Source of the DNA: Candidatus Micrarchaeota archaeon
GTDB lineage: Archaea; Micrarchaeota; Micrarchaeia; Burarchaeales; Fermentimicrarchaeaceae
Length of the DNA stretch: 46,135 nucleotides
Direction of reading: 5' to 3'
Assembly: GCA_026396455.1 (NCBI GenBank)
Contig: JAPLWT010000031.1
Span: 1-46,135 of the forward strand
Shown: positions 36,392 through 44,559 of the stretch, piece by piece
Position numbering within the stretch: position 1 is the first letter of the stretch
Layout: every line of letters starts with the position of its first letter
The notes under the pieces: model-generated
What the model was told of the DNA's origin: nothing
Seen by the model: the letters and a program-made list of their open reading frames with translations, nothing else
The model's database searches: none
Made by a program: the position numbers and the translations under genes

Positions 36392-37828
36392 ATGAAAAAC
36401 AAAAAGAGCAACTTCTCGGAGTGGTACACTGAGGTAATCCAGGAGGCAGAGCTAGCTGACATAAGATACAATGTGAAGGGATTCCTCGCCCACATGCCCT
36501 GGTCTGTCAGAACTATGAAGAATATGTACTGCATAGTCGAGAGAGAGCTTGAGAAGAAAGGGCACGAGCCTGCCTGGTTCCCGGCTCTTATTCCAGAATC
36601 ATATTTCAAGAAGGAGGCGGAGCATGCGGAGGGTTTCTCTGCAGACGTATTCTGGGTAACAGAAGGAGGAAGCGACAACACCAAATTCTCCGAGAGGCTT
36701 GCCCTCAGGCCGACTTCCGAGACTGCCATGTACTCAATGTTCTCCCTCTGGATACGGACATGGAGGGATCTGCCTTACAAGATATACCAGAGCTGCCAGG
36801 TTTGGAGGTTCGAAGGGAAGTCGACAAGGCCTTTCATAAGGGGAAGGGAGTTCTACTGGACAGAGGCCCATGACGTTTTTGAGACCAAGGAGGAGGCTGA
36901 GAAGCAGGTTGAGGAGGATAGGGACACTACCTGCAATGTCCTGAAGGAGTTCGCAATTCCATTCATATTCTTCAAGAGGCCGGAGCATGACAAGTTCAAG
37001 GGTGCTGTTAGCACCTATGCCGCCGACAGCATAATGCCTGACGGAAAGGTAATACAGTTACCATCAACGCATTTCCTGGGGCAGAACTTCTCAAAGGCAT
37101 TCAACATAAAGTTCGTTGACAAGAAGGGCGATGAGAAGCATGCATGGCAGACCTGCTACGGCCCTGCGGTATGGAGGATTTTCGGTGCTCTTGTGGCAAT
37201 TCACGGTGACGACAAAGGCTTGATTCTGCCGCCTTCCATCGCACCGCTCGTGGCCGTCATCATTCCCATATACTTCAAGGGTTCTGATCAAAAGGTAATG
37301 GAGAAAGCAAACTCAATAAAGAAGCTTCTTGAAAGCAGATGCATAAGCGCAAAGGTTGATGACAGGGCGGAGCACACCCCTGGCTGGAAATATAACTACT
37401 GGGAGCTCAAGGGGGTCCCGATAAGAATCGAGGTAGGGCCAAAGGATATTGAGAAGAATCAGCTCGTGCTTGTCAGGAGGGATACCGGGGAGAAGGCCGC
37501 CATAAAGGAGAGCGAGCTTGTTGAGAAGATAACCAAATTTTCAGAGGAAATCCAGAGCAACCTTGCAAAGAGGGCGGAGAAGTTCTTCAAGGAGCACATA
37601 TCAGAGGCGAATGACATGGCGCAGCTTAAGAAACTACTCGATGAGCAAGGAGGGCTGGTCAAGGTTGAGTGGTGCGGCTCCGAGGAATGCGCCGATAACA
37701 TAAAAGCCGATACAGTTGGAGGGGACATACGCGGAACCCCGCTTGGAAAAGAGGAGAAGCCAAAGGGGAAGTGCATCCGGTGCGGGAAGAAGGCGGAGCA
37801 GGTAGTATACGTGGGTAAAGCATATTAA
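36392..37828 (+). CDS. proS: prolyl-tRNA synthetase, archaeal/eukaryal type
   Basis: FSEWYTEVIQEAELAD start, class II motifs, and a C-terminal Zn-binding domain ending in ...YVGKAY. Confidence 0.95.
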   Translation: MKNKKSNFSEWYTEVIQEAELADIRYNVKGFLAHMPWSVRTMKNMYCIVERELEKKGHEPAWFPALIPESYFKKEAEHAEGFSADVFWVTEGGSDNTKFSERLALRPTSETAMYSMFSLWIRTWRDLPYKIYQSCQVWRFEGKSTRPFIRGREFYWTEAHDVFETKEEAEKQVEEDRDTTCNVLKEFAIPFIFFKRPEHDKFKGAVSTYAADSIMPDGKVIQLPSTHFLGQNFSKAFNIKFVDKKGDEKHAWQTCYGPAVWRIFGALVAIHGDDKGLILPPSIAPLVAVIIPIYFKGSDQKVMEKANSIKKLLESRCISAKVDDRAEHTPGWKYNYWELKGVPIRIEVGPKDIEKNQLVLVRRDTGEKAAIKESELVEKITKFSEEIQSNLAKRAEKFFKEHISEANDMAQLKKLLDEQGGLVKVEWCGSEECADNIKADTVGGDIRGTPLGKEEKPKGKCIRCGKKAEQVVYVGKAY

Positions 37829-37853
37829 CCCTGAAATTCAAATTCTTAAAAGC

Positions 37854-37946
37854 AGCCCCGTCATCTAGTGGCCAAGAGGTTGATGAAACCTGGTAAGATG
37901 GTGGGCTTTGGACCCACCCACGTCGGTTCGAATCCGACCGGGGCTA
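37854..37946 (+). tRNA. tRNA-Gln (UUG) with a 21-nt D-arm intron (about 37876-37896)
   Basis: Acceptor is AGCCCCG/CGGGGCT. The anticodon arm is GTGGG-CTTTGGA-CCCAC and the T arm is GTCGG-TTCGAAT-CCGAC. Removing the intron restores the D arm ATCT-AGTGGCCA-AGAT. Confidence 0.8.
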
Positions 37947-37972
37947 TACTTCCATCAAATGAGGCTAGCCAT

Positions 37973-38437
37973 ATGAAATACCTGCGGCTCACTGCTTCCG
38001 AAATCGAGGAGATGTGCGACAAGCTTGCCCGCATCATAAAGAGCGGATTCAAGCCGGATTGCATAGTCGGCATAGGAAGAGGAGGGCTGGTGCCGGCTGT
38101 TTACCTCAGCGACAGGCTAGGAGTAAAAAAGCTTTACGCATTCAAGATAGATTACTACACGGGTGATAAGCGGGGAAGAAAGCCGGTGGTAAGCCAAAAA
38201 CCGCCCCTTCAACTTATTCGCGGCAATGTACTTCTTGTTGACGATGTGGCGGATACAGGTGAGACTCTCATGCTGGCAAAAAAATTGTTGGAGAAACACG
38301 CCAAAAGCATCAGGATAGCAACGCTGCACTACAAGCCGCATTCAAAGCTGAAGCCTGATTTTTTCGTGCAGGAGACCAGAAGATGGATAGTGTACCCGTA
38401 TCAAAGCGTCGAGTTCAGAAAACTGGCAAGGGGATAA
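37973..38437 (+). CDS. purine phosphoribosyltransferase-family protein
   Basis: Has the PRPP-binding motif VLLVDDVADTGETL. The ORF-track N-terminus overlaps tRNA-Gln and was trimmed to MKYLRL. Confidence 0.8.
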   Translation: MKYLRLTASEIEEMCDKLARIIKSGFKPDCIVGIGRGGLVPAVYLSDRLGVKKLYAFKIDYYTGDKRGRKPVVSQKPPLQLIRGNVLLVDDVADTGETLMLAKKLLEKHAKSIRIATLHYKPHSKLKPDFFVQETRRWIVYPYQSVEFRKLARG

Positions 38438-38481
38438 CCCCGCAAACAGATACTTAAACTGATGGCTTCATAATAAGTCCA

Positions 38482-38541
38482 GTGATGATACGAGGTATTG
38501 CTGATAGCCAAAAGCTAGATGACGATAAGAGGGTAAGCTGA
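38482..38541 (+). ncRNA. box C/D sRNA (2'-O-methylation guide)
   Basis: C GTGATGA (38482-88), 12-nt guide, D' CTGA (38501-04), C' ATGACGA (38519-25), 12-nt guide, D CTGA (38538-41). Both guides are complementary to 23S sites at 25780-25810. Confidence 0.75.
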
Positions 38542-38586
38542 CTCCGTAAAGAAACGTTAATAAATAGTTGCAGTTTAAACCTATCT

Positions 38587-39840
38587 ATGAAACTCAGAAT
38601 TGTAACTTTCATGCTGGCAGCTCTGCTCATCTTCGGCTGCGTTTCTTACACTCCACCGGCAGAGCAGCCAACGAACCAGACCAATGTAACACCAGTCACC
38701 GTGTTTTCATGCGCTGATATAAAGGATGCCGCAGATGGGGATAAGTGCTACTTCAATGACGCAATAACAAAGAACAACCTGACTTCCTGCTCCTTCATAT
38801 TCTCGACTCAGGTTAGGGACAACTGCAATCTCATATTCGCTATCAACCTGAATGATTCCTCATTATGCGGGAGAATAAATGTAGATAGCACTAGGGACGA
38901 CTGCTACCACACGCTAGCTCCCCGGGTCGGAATAGCGACATGCAACAAAATTGAGAGTGACTCCTTGAGGAGGCAGTGCCGCCTAGAGCTTGGCGATGAC
39001 ACAGTATACTGCGAGAACATGACAGCAGGCTATGATTCCAAGCTGTGCATGGCGAAGGCGAGGGGCAACTACTCCATCTGCCTTGAGCTGAATAATATAT
39101 CGCTTATAGACAACTGCTATATTGATTTCGCGAAGAACAATGGCAGCTATCAACTCTGCAACCTGCCATCCGACTCTAATCTGAGAGACGACTGCTTCAA
39201 ATACTTCGCCTTCCTTGAATCCAACTCGTCTCTCTGCGAAAAGATTTCGGTAGTTTATCAGAAGTATCTTTGCCTGACAAAGATAACCAACAACTATACT
39301 CTCTGCAACGAGCTTACGGATTACCTGCAAAGGGACTCCTGCCTTGAACTATTTGCAAGTGAGCACATGAACTACTCACTATGCTCGAACATAAGCACGC
39401 ACCTCTACCAAGATCGCTGCTATACCGATGTAGCATTCAAGAGCGGAAATGCGAATATATGCTCCTACATAACCTGCTATGAATGCATAACCGACAAGGA
39501 TAACTGCTACTACCAGGTTGCCAATGTAACTGCTGATGTTTCAATCTGCAGCAGGATAGCCGAACAATACAAGCGAGATAACTGCGTACTTGATGTCGCG
39601 AAATCCGCCCACAATCCAGCCGCATGCTCGAACATAGAAAACGCCTACAGGAAGTCTACGTGCTTCACCATAGTGATGTACAACCAGCCCTACGCGACAT
39701 CCGCATGCGATGGCATAACGCAGCAGACCTGGAAGGATGAGTGCTACAAGAATGCTGCAATAACAAACAAGAACTCCACTATATGCAACGGCGTAAGCGA
39801 CCCATTCTTAAAGAAGGATTGTATCAGAGACTCAGTCTGA
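38587..39840 (+). CDS. Cys-rich tandem-repeat lipoprotein (paralog of 26925-27779)
   Basis: Has an LLIFGC lipobox-like signal. I count 33 Cys in 417 aa, in about 13-15 repeats of ...NxSxC..I....(R/K)DxCY..(A/F)..., with many NxS/T sequons. Confidence 0.6.
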   Translation: MKLRIVTFMLAALLIFGCVSYTPPAEQPTNQTNVTPVTVFSCADIKDAADGDKCYFNDAITKNNLTSCSFIFSTQVRDNCNLIFAINLNDSSLCGRINVDSTRDDCYHTLAPRVGIATCNKIESDSLRRQCRLELGDDTVYCENMTAGYDSKLCMAKARGNYSICLELNNISLIDNCYIDFAKNNGSYQLCNLPSDSNLRDDCFKYFAFLESNSSLCEKISVVYQKYLCLTKITNNYTLCNELTDYLQRDSCLELFASEHMNYSLCSNISTHLYQDRCYTDVAFKSGNANICSYITCYECITDKDNCYYQVANVTADVSICSRIAEQYKRDNCVLDVAKSAHNPAACSNIENAYRKSTCFTIVMYNQPYATSACDGITQQTWKDECYKNAAITNKNSTICNGVSDPFLKKDCIRDSV

Positions 39841-40458
39841 GGGCTGCTGCTCTTCCCCCTCTTCTTTAAGTACTTCGAAGTCCTCAGGCTTCAGCTTGAA
39901 CTCCTCTCCCTCAGCAATTTCTCCCTTCGCCCTCTTGACTTCCCTTGCGAGAAGGTAGAAAATTAGTGCAAGCGACTTCCTTCCCTTATTGTTGCACGGA
40001 ATAATCCAATCCACAAACTTCGTAGAGTTGTCCGTATCACAAAGGGCAATTATCGGTATGCCCATGCGGTTTGCCTCCTTTATGGCCTGCCTCTCGTTCT
40101 TCGGGTCTGAGATGAAAAGAAGCTTTGGCTCTGAGAAATCCTCCCTTGCCGGATTAGTGAGTATGCCGGGAATGAATCTCCCATTAACAACCTTGCATCC
40201 GACAAGCTCGCAGAACTTTTTCGCAGAGCTGCTCGCATACAATCTCGATGCAACTATCAGAACTTCCTCTGGCTTGCAGCGGGAGATGAACCTAGCGGCA
40301 ACCCTTATCCTCTCATCAACCTTCTTCAGGTCCAGAACGTAGAGCCTGTCCTGCCTTGCCTTGTATATAAACTGGTTCATATCTGGCGTCTTTATCTTCG
40401 TACCGATATGTATACCAGCTTCAAGGTACTTTTCTTGCTGAATCAAAAATTCACTCAT
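39832..40458 (-). CDS. rps2: ribosomal protein uS2
   Basis: [11 protein letters not shown]-type N-terminus, ...ALCDTDN..., and an acidic C-terminal tail. Confidence 0.9.
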   Translation of the reverse strand: MSEFLIQQEKYLEAGIHIGTKIKTPDMNQFIYKARQDRLYVLDLKKVDERIRVAARFISRCKPEEVLIVASRLYASSSAKKFCELVGCKVVNGRFIPGILTNPAREDFSEPKLLFISDPKNERQAIKEANRMGIPIIALCDTDNSTKFVDWIIPCNNKGRKSLALIFYLLAREVKRAKGEIAEGEEFKLKPEDFEVLKEEGEEQQPSD

Positions 40459-40477
40459 ATAATCCCCCTTAACAAAA

Positions 40478-40604
40478 TGGGGCCGCCGAGATTTGAATTC
40501 CCATTCAACCTGATGTTACTCAGGAAGATTCTCGGGTCGCCGGCACCCCATTCCGGCAGAAATATTTCTGAAGCCGGAAGCATGCCAGGCTAGCACACGG
40601 CCCC
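40478..40604 (-). tRNA. tRNA-Pro (GGG) with two introns (40551-40571 near position 32/33; 40498-40530 at 53/54)
   Basis: Acceptor is GGGGCCG/CGGCCCC-A. The BHB is CCGG|CTT|CAGAA...TTCTG|CCGG|AAT. After splicing the anticodon arm is CCGGC-TTGGGGT-GCCGG and the T arm is CCGAG-TTCAAAT-CTCGG. The D stem is weak. Confidence 0.65.
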
Positions 40605-40611
40605 TGCAAAT

Positions 40612-40809
40612 CTAATGCCTACCGTACTTTATTACCTCATCTATTGAGTTCACATGACTCAAAAACATCCTCCTGCAGCAGTATCTCTTCAAACCAAGCT
40701 TGTCCAGAACCTTGTCGGGGCTCTCCCCTTCCTTCACTCTCTTCACATACTCCTCGTATTGGTGGGCTATAACGGCCCCGCATGTAAAGCACCTTACCGG
40801 AATCATCAT
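40612..40809 (-). CDS. rpoN: RNA polymerase subunit N (Rpo10)
   Basis: [11 protein letters not shown]...RYCCRRM zinc motif; 65 aa. Confidence 0.9.
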   Translation of the reverse strand: MMIPVRCFTCGAVIAHQYEEYVKRVKEGESPDKVLDKLGLKRYCCRRMFLSHVNSIDEVIKYGRH

Positions 40810-40813
40810 AGTA

Positions 40814-41284
40814 TCACCTATAAGACTTCTGGAACCTTGCCCTCGCCTTAGGTCCTTTATACTTCTTCGGCTCAACCCTTCTTGAATCCTCCCCCAGCAT
40901 GAACTTGTCCCTCTCCTTCATGCTCTTCTTCAGCTCCTCGTCGCCAGTGAATTCAACTATCCCCCTGGCAACTGCCGTCCTTATTGCCTCTGCTTGGCCC
41001 ATAACGCCCCCGCCCTTTGCGATTACCTTCATGTCAAGGTTTTTCGCCTTGTCTCCGGCCATTATGAGAGGTTCCATGATTATATCCTTGATATAACTGG
41101 ACGGAATTCCATCAAGCGACATCCCGTTTATCCTCACAATTCCCTTTCCCTCGTTCACATAAGCCCTCGCCACGCTCTCCTTCCTCTTTCCTCTCGTAAC
41201 TATAATCTTCGGCTTTTTCTCAGCCGTCTTTTTCGGCTTTACCTTCGCCACAATCTTCTTCTTAACGCTCTTAGCTTTCACCAT
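40814..41284 (-). CDS. rps9: ribosomal protein uS9 (Lys-rich N-terminal extension)
   Basis: [12 protein letters not shown]...[12 protein letters not shown]...FQKSYR. Confidence 0.9.
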   Translation of the reverse strand: MVKAKSVKKKIVAKVKPKKTAEKKPKIIVTRGKRKESVARAYVNEGKGIVRINGMSLDGIPSSYIKDIIMEPLIMAGDKAKNLDMKVIAKGGGVMGQAEAIRTAVARGIVEFTGDEELKKSMKERDKFMLGEDSRRVEPKKYKGPKARARFQKSYR

Positions 41285-41725
41285 CTAAACACCTTTGTTA
41301 TAACCCAACCTCTCGCAAACCTTTCCTATGTAAACATACCTACTTTTCACATTTGTGCAGCTGATATCCAACATGTCCTCCTTCACAGCATTCTTGAACT
41401 GCGCAGGCTCGCCCATATACGCCTTCAGCAGCTTGTAGGCCTTCCTTCCCGTTGCCCTCTTGTAGGGCAGCATTCCCCTTATGCATCTCTTCACAAAAAG
41501 ATCAGGCCTTCTGGACCAGTGCATGGAGTGCTCCGGGTTTGCCTTGTCCTTCCTCTGCCTCCTGTTCCAGTACCTCTTCACAATCATATCAGTGCTTCCA
41601 ACTATCACTATATTCTCAGAGTTAATCACCACGACCTGTTCTCCGTTCAGCAGATACTTGGAGATCCTTGTTCCAAGCCTTCCAAGCACGAGGTTAGTTC
41701 CATCTATGATCTTCATTTTGCTCAC
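41285..41725 (-). CDS. rpl13: ribosomal protein uL13
   Basis: IIDGTNLVLGRLGT...MLPYK motifs. Confidence 0.9.
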   Translation of the reverse strand: MSKMKIIDGTNLVLGRLGTRISKYLLNGEQVVVINSENIVIVGSTDMIVKRYWNRRQRKDKANPEHSMHWSRRPDLFVKRCIRGMLPYKRATGRKAYKLLKAYMGEPAQFKNAVKEDMLDISCTNVKSRYVYIGKVCERLGYNKGV

Positions 41726-42084
41726 TCCATCAAAATAATTCCCTTTCCTGCAGGGTTTTTCTCAACAATCCTCTCAAGTGGCAGGCAGTTGCCGCCAGCC
41801 TTTCTTATCTTCTCTGCCGCGCTTGCTGAAAAACTGAATGCGGCTATAGTGACCTTGTGCCCAAGCGAGCCATTTGCAAGAACCTTGCCCGGTACCACTA
41901 CAGTGCTGCCCTCCTTGCTGTGCTTGTCTACCGTATAAAGGTTCACCTCAGTTTTTCCTCTAGCAGGCGCCGAGAGCCTCTCAGCAACCTTTTTCCATAT
42001 GCTGGACTTGTTCTCCACCGCTTTCTTCCTCAGCAGATTCACAAGTTCAAGCGTCCTTTTGCTTTCCGGGCCTCTTTTCATCAA
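41722..42084 (-). CDS. rpl18e: ribosomal protein L18e (eL18)
   Basis: Position in the conserved cluster, 120 aa, and ...VNLYTVDK...VVVPGKVL... pattern. Confidence 0.85.
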   Translation of the reverse strand: MMKRGPESKRTLELVNLLRKKAVENKSSIWKKVAERLSAPARGKTEVNLYTVDKHSKEGSTVVVPGKVLANGSLGHKVTIAAFSFSASAAEKIRKAGGNCLPLERIVEKNPAGKGIILME

Positions 42085-42096
42085 ATCACCAAAAAA

Positions 42097-42219
42097 TGCG
42101 GGGGATGGGATTTTTGGGCAACCTTTCGGTTTGAACCCACGCAGCCACTAAAGGCACAGGAGTTCTGAAGTTTTTTCTTCCTCAGTCCTGCGCATTTGAC
42201 CTGGCTCTGCCACCCCCGC
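42097..42219 (-). tRNA. tRNA-Leu (GAG), class II, with two introns (42163-42179 at 37/38; 42114-42132 at 56/57)
   Basis: Acceptor is GCGGGGG/CCCCCGC-A and the D arm is GCA-GAGCCAGGTCAAA-TGC. The anticodon stem CAGGA/TCCTG has loop CT-GAG-G|17 nt|C. A long variable arm is present. The T stem GTGGG/CCCAT encloses TTC|19 nt|AAAT. Confidence 0.8.
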
Positions 42220-42220
42220 A

Positions 42221-42808
42221 TTACACCTCTTTCAGCTGGGAGTTCAACTCCCCGCATTTTCCCTCCAGTATTTCAACTGCTTTCAGCAGCATTGTTTTTG
42301 GGCTCACCTGCCCAAATGATTCAACCTTGAACCTGAAATCCTTCTTGTCATTCGTGTCATAACCGTAGGATATCACGCCTGCCTGGAATTTCGCGTGCTC
42401 CCTCCCATCCCCTATTCTTGCCTTTGCCTCCAGCCTTATCCTCCTGTCCTCTCCAAGCTTTATTATCGGTATGTCATCGTGCACGCACTTCACTTTTGCG
42501 CTTGAGCTCTTCAGCTCTTTCGAATACACAGTGCGCGGTCCCTCTGCCTCAAGGGAGAACAGCACCTCCTCTCCCTCCCTGTGGGAGCCCTCGCTGGTGA
42601 GGGGAATCAGCCCAAGCCTGTTTGCTATATACTCATCAAAAATTGATGAGCTATTCTCGTAGAATGTCACAGAGTCTATTGCGAATACAGGCACCTGCGA
42701 CATGCCAATCCTTCTTATAGCATTTGCGAATGCTACCGTAGCATCCTTGAGCACGAATTCCATCTCCTTCCCCTTCGAGTGCAAAACTTCAATTTTCAAG
42801 ACAACCAC
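42221..42808 (-). CDS. rpoD: RNA polymerase subunit D (Rpo3), short form
   Basis: FVLKDATVAFANAIRRIGMSQVP and its position between S11 and L18e. GTG start. Confidence 0.85.
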   Translation of the reverse strand: MVVLKIEVLHSKGKEMEFVLKDATVAFANAIRRIGMSQVPVFAIDSVTFYENSSSIFDEYIANRLGLIPLTSEGSHREGEEVLFSLEAEGPRTVYSKELKSSSAKVKCVHDDIPIIKLGEDRRIRLEAKARIGDGREHAKFQAGVISYGYDTNDKKDFRFKVESFGQVSPKTMLLKAVEILEGKCGELNSQLKEV

Positions 42809-42816
42809 CCTCAGGT

Positions 42817-43323
42817 TTATACTCTCCTTCCCCTCCTGCCTCCAGGCCTCTTCGTGGTGTCTGTAGGTGTCGGGGTGACATCCTCTATCTTTCCTATCCT
42901 CAATCCTGACCTTGCAAGCGCCCTCACAACTGCCTGTGCGCCTGGACCGGGAGTCTTGCTTCCATGCCCGCCAGGAGCCCTTATCTTTATATGAACTGCC
43001 GTTACGCCCCTCTCTTTTGCCTTGCTAGCAGCCTTGAAAGCCGCCTGCATTGCCGCATAGGGGGAGCCCTCCTCTCGGTCTGCTTTCACTATCATTCCTC
43101 CGCTTCCAACTGCTATGGTTTCTGCACCGCTTATATCGGTTATCGTTATTATCGTGTCATTCTTGGATGAGTATATGTTCGCCACTCCCCATCTCTCCTC
43201 TCTCTTCCTTCTCGCTATCCTCTCGGTCTCTTCGGTTGCAACTTCTTCACTCTTCTTTTCCACTTGCTCCTTCTCCACCAACTTTCTCACCCTCCGTGCT
43301 TTCCTTTGTCCTGCTACTAGCAA
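42817..43323 (-). CDS. rps11: ribosomal protein uS11 (N-terminal extension; start uncertain)
   Basis: [19 protein letters not shown]...[11 protein letters not shown]. As drawn it overlaps the 3' end of rps4 by 77 nt. Confidence 0.85.
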   Translation of the reverse strand: MLVAGQRKARRVRKLVEKEQVEKKSEEVATEETERIARRKREERWGVANIYSSKNDTIITITDISGAETIAVGSGGMIVKADREEGSPYAAMQAAFKAASKAKERGVTAVHIKIRAPGGHGSKTPGPGAQAVVRALARSGLRIGKIEDVTPTPTDTTKRPGGRRGRRV

Positions 43324-43807
43324 TCATGATGAACTCAGTACTTTTGTAATAGCTTACCTTGTCCTCCTCATCAATGGGCACAAGATAGCTCGGCGAGGAA
43401 ACCCTTCTGCCGTCTATTGCGATGTATCCATGCGCTATGAGTTGCCTGCTCTGCTTCATAGATTTGGCAAGCCCTTTTTTCACAACCCTTGTCTCAAGCC
43501 TCCTCTCAAGCACGTCGTTTATTGTGAGGGACAGAAGGTCCTCCAAAGATGTGTCGGGCTTTGCTATCCCAAGCCTTACCACTTTTGCAAGCAGGGGCTT
43601 TCCCAGCTCCTTTCCTCTTTCTCCAAGTGACAGGAGCCTCCTTGCCTCCCTTCTTATCATCTTAAGTTCCATCTGCATGACTCTGAGCTCCCTCATGCTT
43701 TTCAAGCCGAATTCCTTCACGAGCTTCTGCTCCTCCTCTATCCTAGCGCTACTCCAAATCTTCCTTGGTGACTCGTACTTCCTCTTAAGCTTTTTAGGAT
43801 CTCCCAT
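43247..43807 (-). CDS. rps4: ribosomal protein uS4
   Basis: [18 protein letters not shown]... and an S4 RNA-binding domain ([11 protein letters not shown]). Confidence 0.9.
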   Translation of the reverse strand: MGDPKKLKRKYESPRKIWSSARIEEEQKLVKEFGLKSMRELRVMQMELKMIRREARRLLSLGERGKELGKPLLAKVVRLGIAKPDTSLEDLLSLTINDVLERRLETRVVKKGLAKSMKQSRQLIAHGYIAIDGRRVSSPSYLVPIDEEDKVSYYKSTEFIMIASSRTKESTEGEKVGGEGASGKEE

Positions 43808-43813
43808 AACTCA

Positions 43814-44434
43814 TCACTCCTTCTTCTCAACCTTCTCCTCAACCTTCGCAGCAGGCTTCTCCGCTGCCTTCTCAGCAGTAGCTGTTCCTGCCTCTGCAGC
43901 TTTTGCCGCTGCTACCTTCGCAAGCATGGTCTTTCTAAGCACTCCTACAGTCATGCCCGTTCTCCCAGTTGTCCTTGTTCTTTGCCCCCTAACTTTCTGC
44001 CCATAGGCATGCCTGTACCCCTTCCAGGTGTTCAAATCCTTTATGTTTGTTATATCCTGCTTCGTCCTGAACGTCAGGTCAGTCCCTATAATATGAGAGC
44101 TCTGGTTTGTCTCAGGATCCTTCTGCCTGTTCAGCATCCTCTCAGGAATCCCATACTTGTTGGGGTTGCTTATTACCTCCATAAGCATGTCAACCTGCTC
44201 ATCGCTCAGCTCTCCAATCATCGTGTTCTTTGAGATGTTGAACTTATTGGATATTATTTTTGTCAAAGCGCTGCTGAGGGTAACCCCTATTCCCTTGACT
44301 CTTATGAGCGCCATGCGCAGCTTGGTCTCTCCTTTTATATCCCTCCCAGCAATTCTGACGATTCCCTTTATCTCCTTCTTTGTGCTAGGAGCTTCCGATT
44401 TACTCTCGACTACTTTTTCCGTTTTCTTTGCCAT
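43814..44434 (-). CDS. rps13: ribosomal protein uS13 (N- and C-terminal extensions)
   Basis: IVRIAGRDIKGE...KGYRHAYGQKVRGQRTRTTGR. The start is set at MAKKTEK because the longer ORF overlaps tRNA-Ser. Confidence 0.9.
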   Translation of the reverse strand: MAKKTEKVVESKSEAPSTKKEIKGIVRIAGRDIKGETKLRMALIRVKGIGVTLSSALTKIISNKFNISKNTMIGELSDEQVDMLMEVISNPNKYGIPERMLNRQKDPETNQSSHIIGTDLTFRTKQDITNIKDLNTWKGYRHAYGQKVRGQRTRTTGRTGMTVGVLRKTMLAKVAAAKAAEAGTATAEKAAEKPAAKVEEKVEKKE

Positions 44435-44453
44435 ACCATCACTCTTTGATAAA

Positions 44454-44553
44454 CGCCGGGGATGGGATTTGAACCCATAAGGCCCGTGAAGGCCATACGC
44501 TTCCGGGATACTATTTCCAGGCGTACACGTTGACCGGATTCCGTCACCCCGGC
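44454..44553 (-). tRNA. tRNA-Ser (GGA), class II, with a 13-nt anticodon-loop intron (about 44502-44514)
   Basis: Acceptor is GCCGGGG/CCCCGGC-G. The anticodon stem TACGC/GCGTA encloses CT-GGA-A + 13 nt + A. The variable arm is GGCC-TTCAC-GGGCC and the T arm is ATGGG-TTCAAAT-CCCAT. Confidence 0.85.
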
Positions 44554-44559
44554 ATCCCA

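Noticed and set aside
37881-37886. TGATGA inside the tRNA-Gln intron as a possible box C.
   Set aside because: The intron is only 21 nt, has no D box or guide spacer, and the motif sits in the hairpin loop of the BHB inner helix.
37868-37972. N-terminal 35 codons of the ORF-track phosphoribosyltransferase. The same issue applies to 44435-44569 for uS13 and 20272-20364 for the ACT protein.
   Set aside because: These extensions read through tRNA-Gln, tRNA-Ser and tRNA-Thr genes respectively. Internal ATGs with appropriate upstream context give family-typical N-termini.
40551-40577. An apparent 7-nt loop CTTCAGA (anticodon UCA) on a 6-bp stem, suggesting tRNA-Sec or an opal suppressor. An alternative reading is TTCAGAA = Leu(CAG) with a long variable arm.
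   Set aside because: The same nucleotides form a canonical BHB, and excising it yields a normal 73-nt tRNA-Pro(GGG). The acceptor is 7 bp, not the 9 bp expected for Sec. The pseudo-variable arm cannot fold. TGA is the most common stop codon of clearly conserved genes in this window (nurA, herA, the galT-like gene, the HD-domain gene).
40994-41938. A 314-aa plus-strand ORF spanning rps9, rpl13 and rpl18e on the opposite strand.
   Set aside because: It is antisense to three highly conserved ribosomal protein genes. Its composition is atypical (H/L/P/S/R-rich) and it has no promoter or family resemblance.
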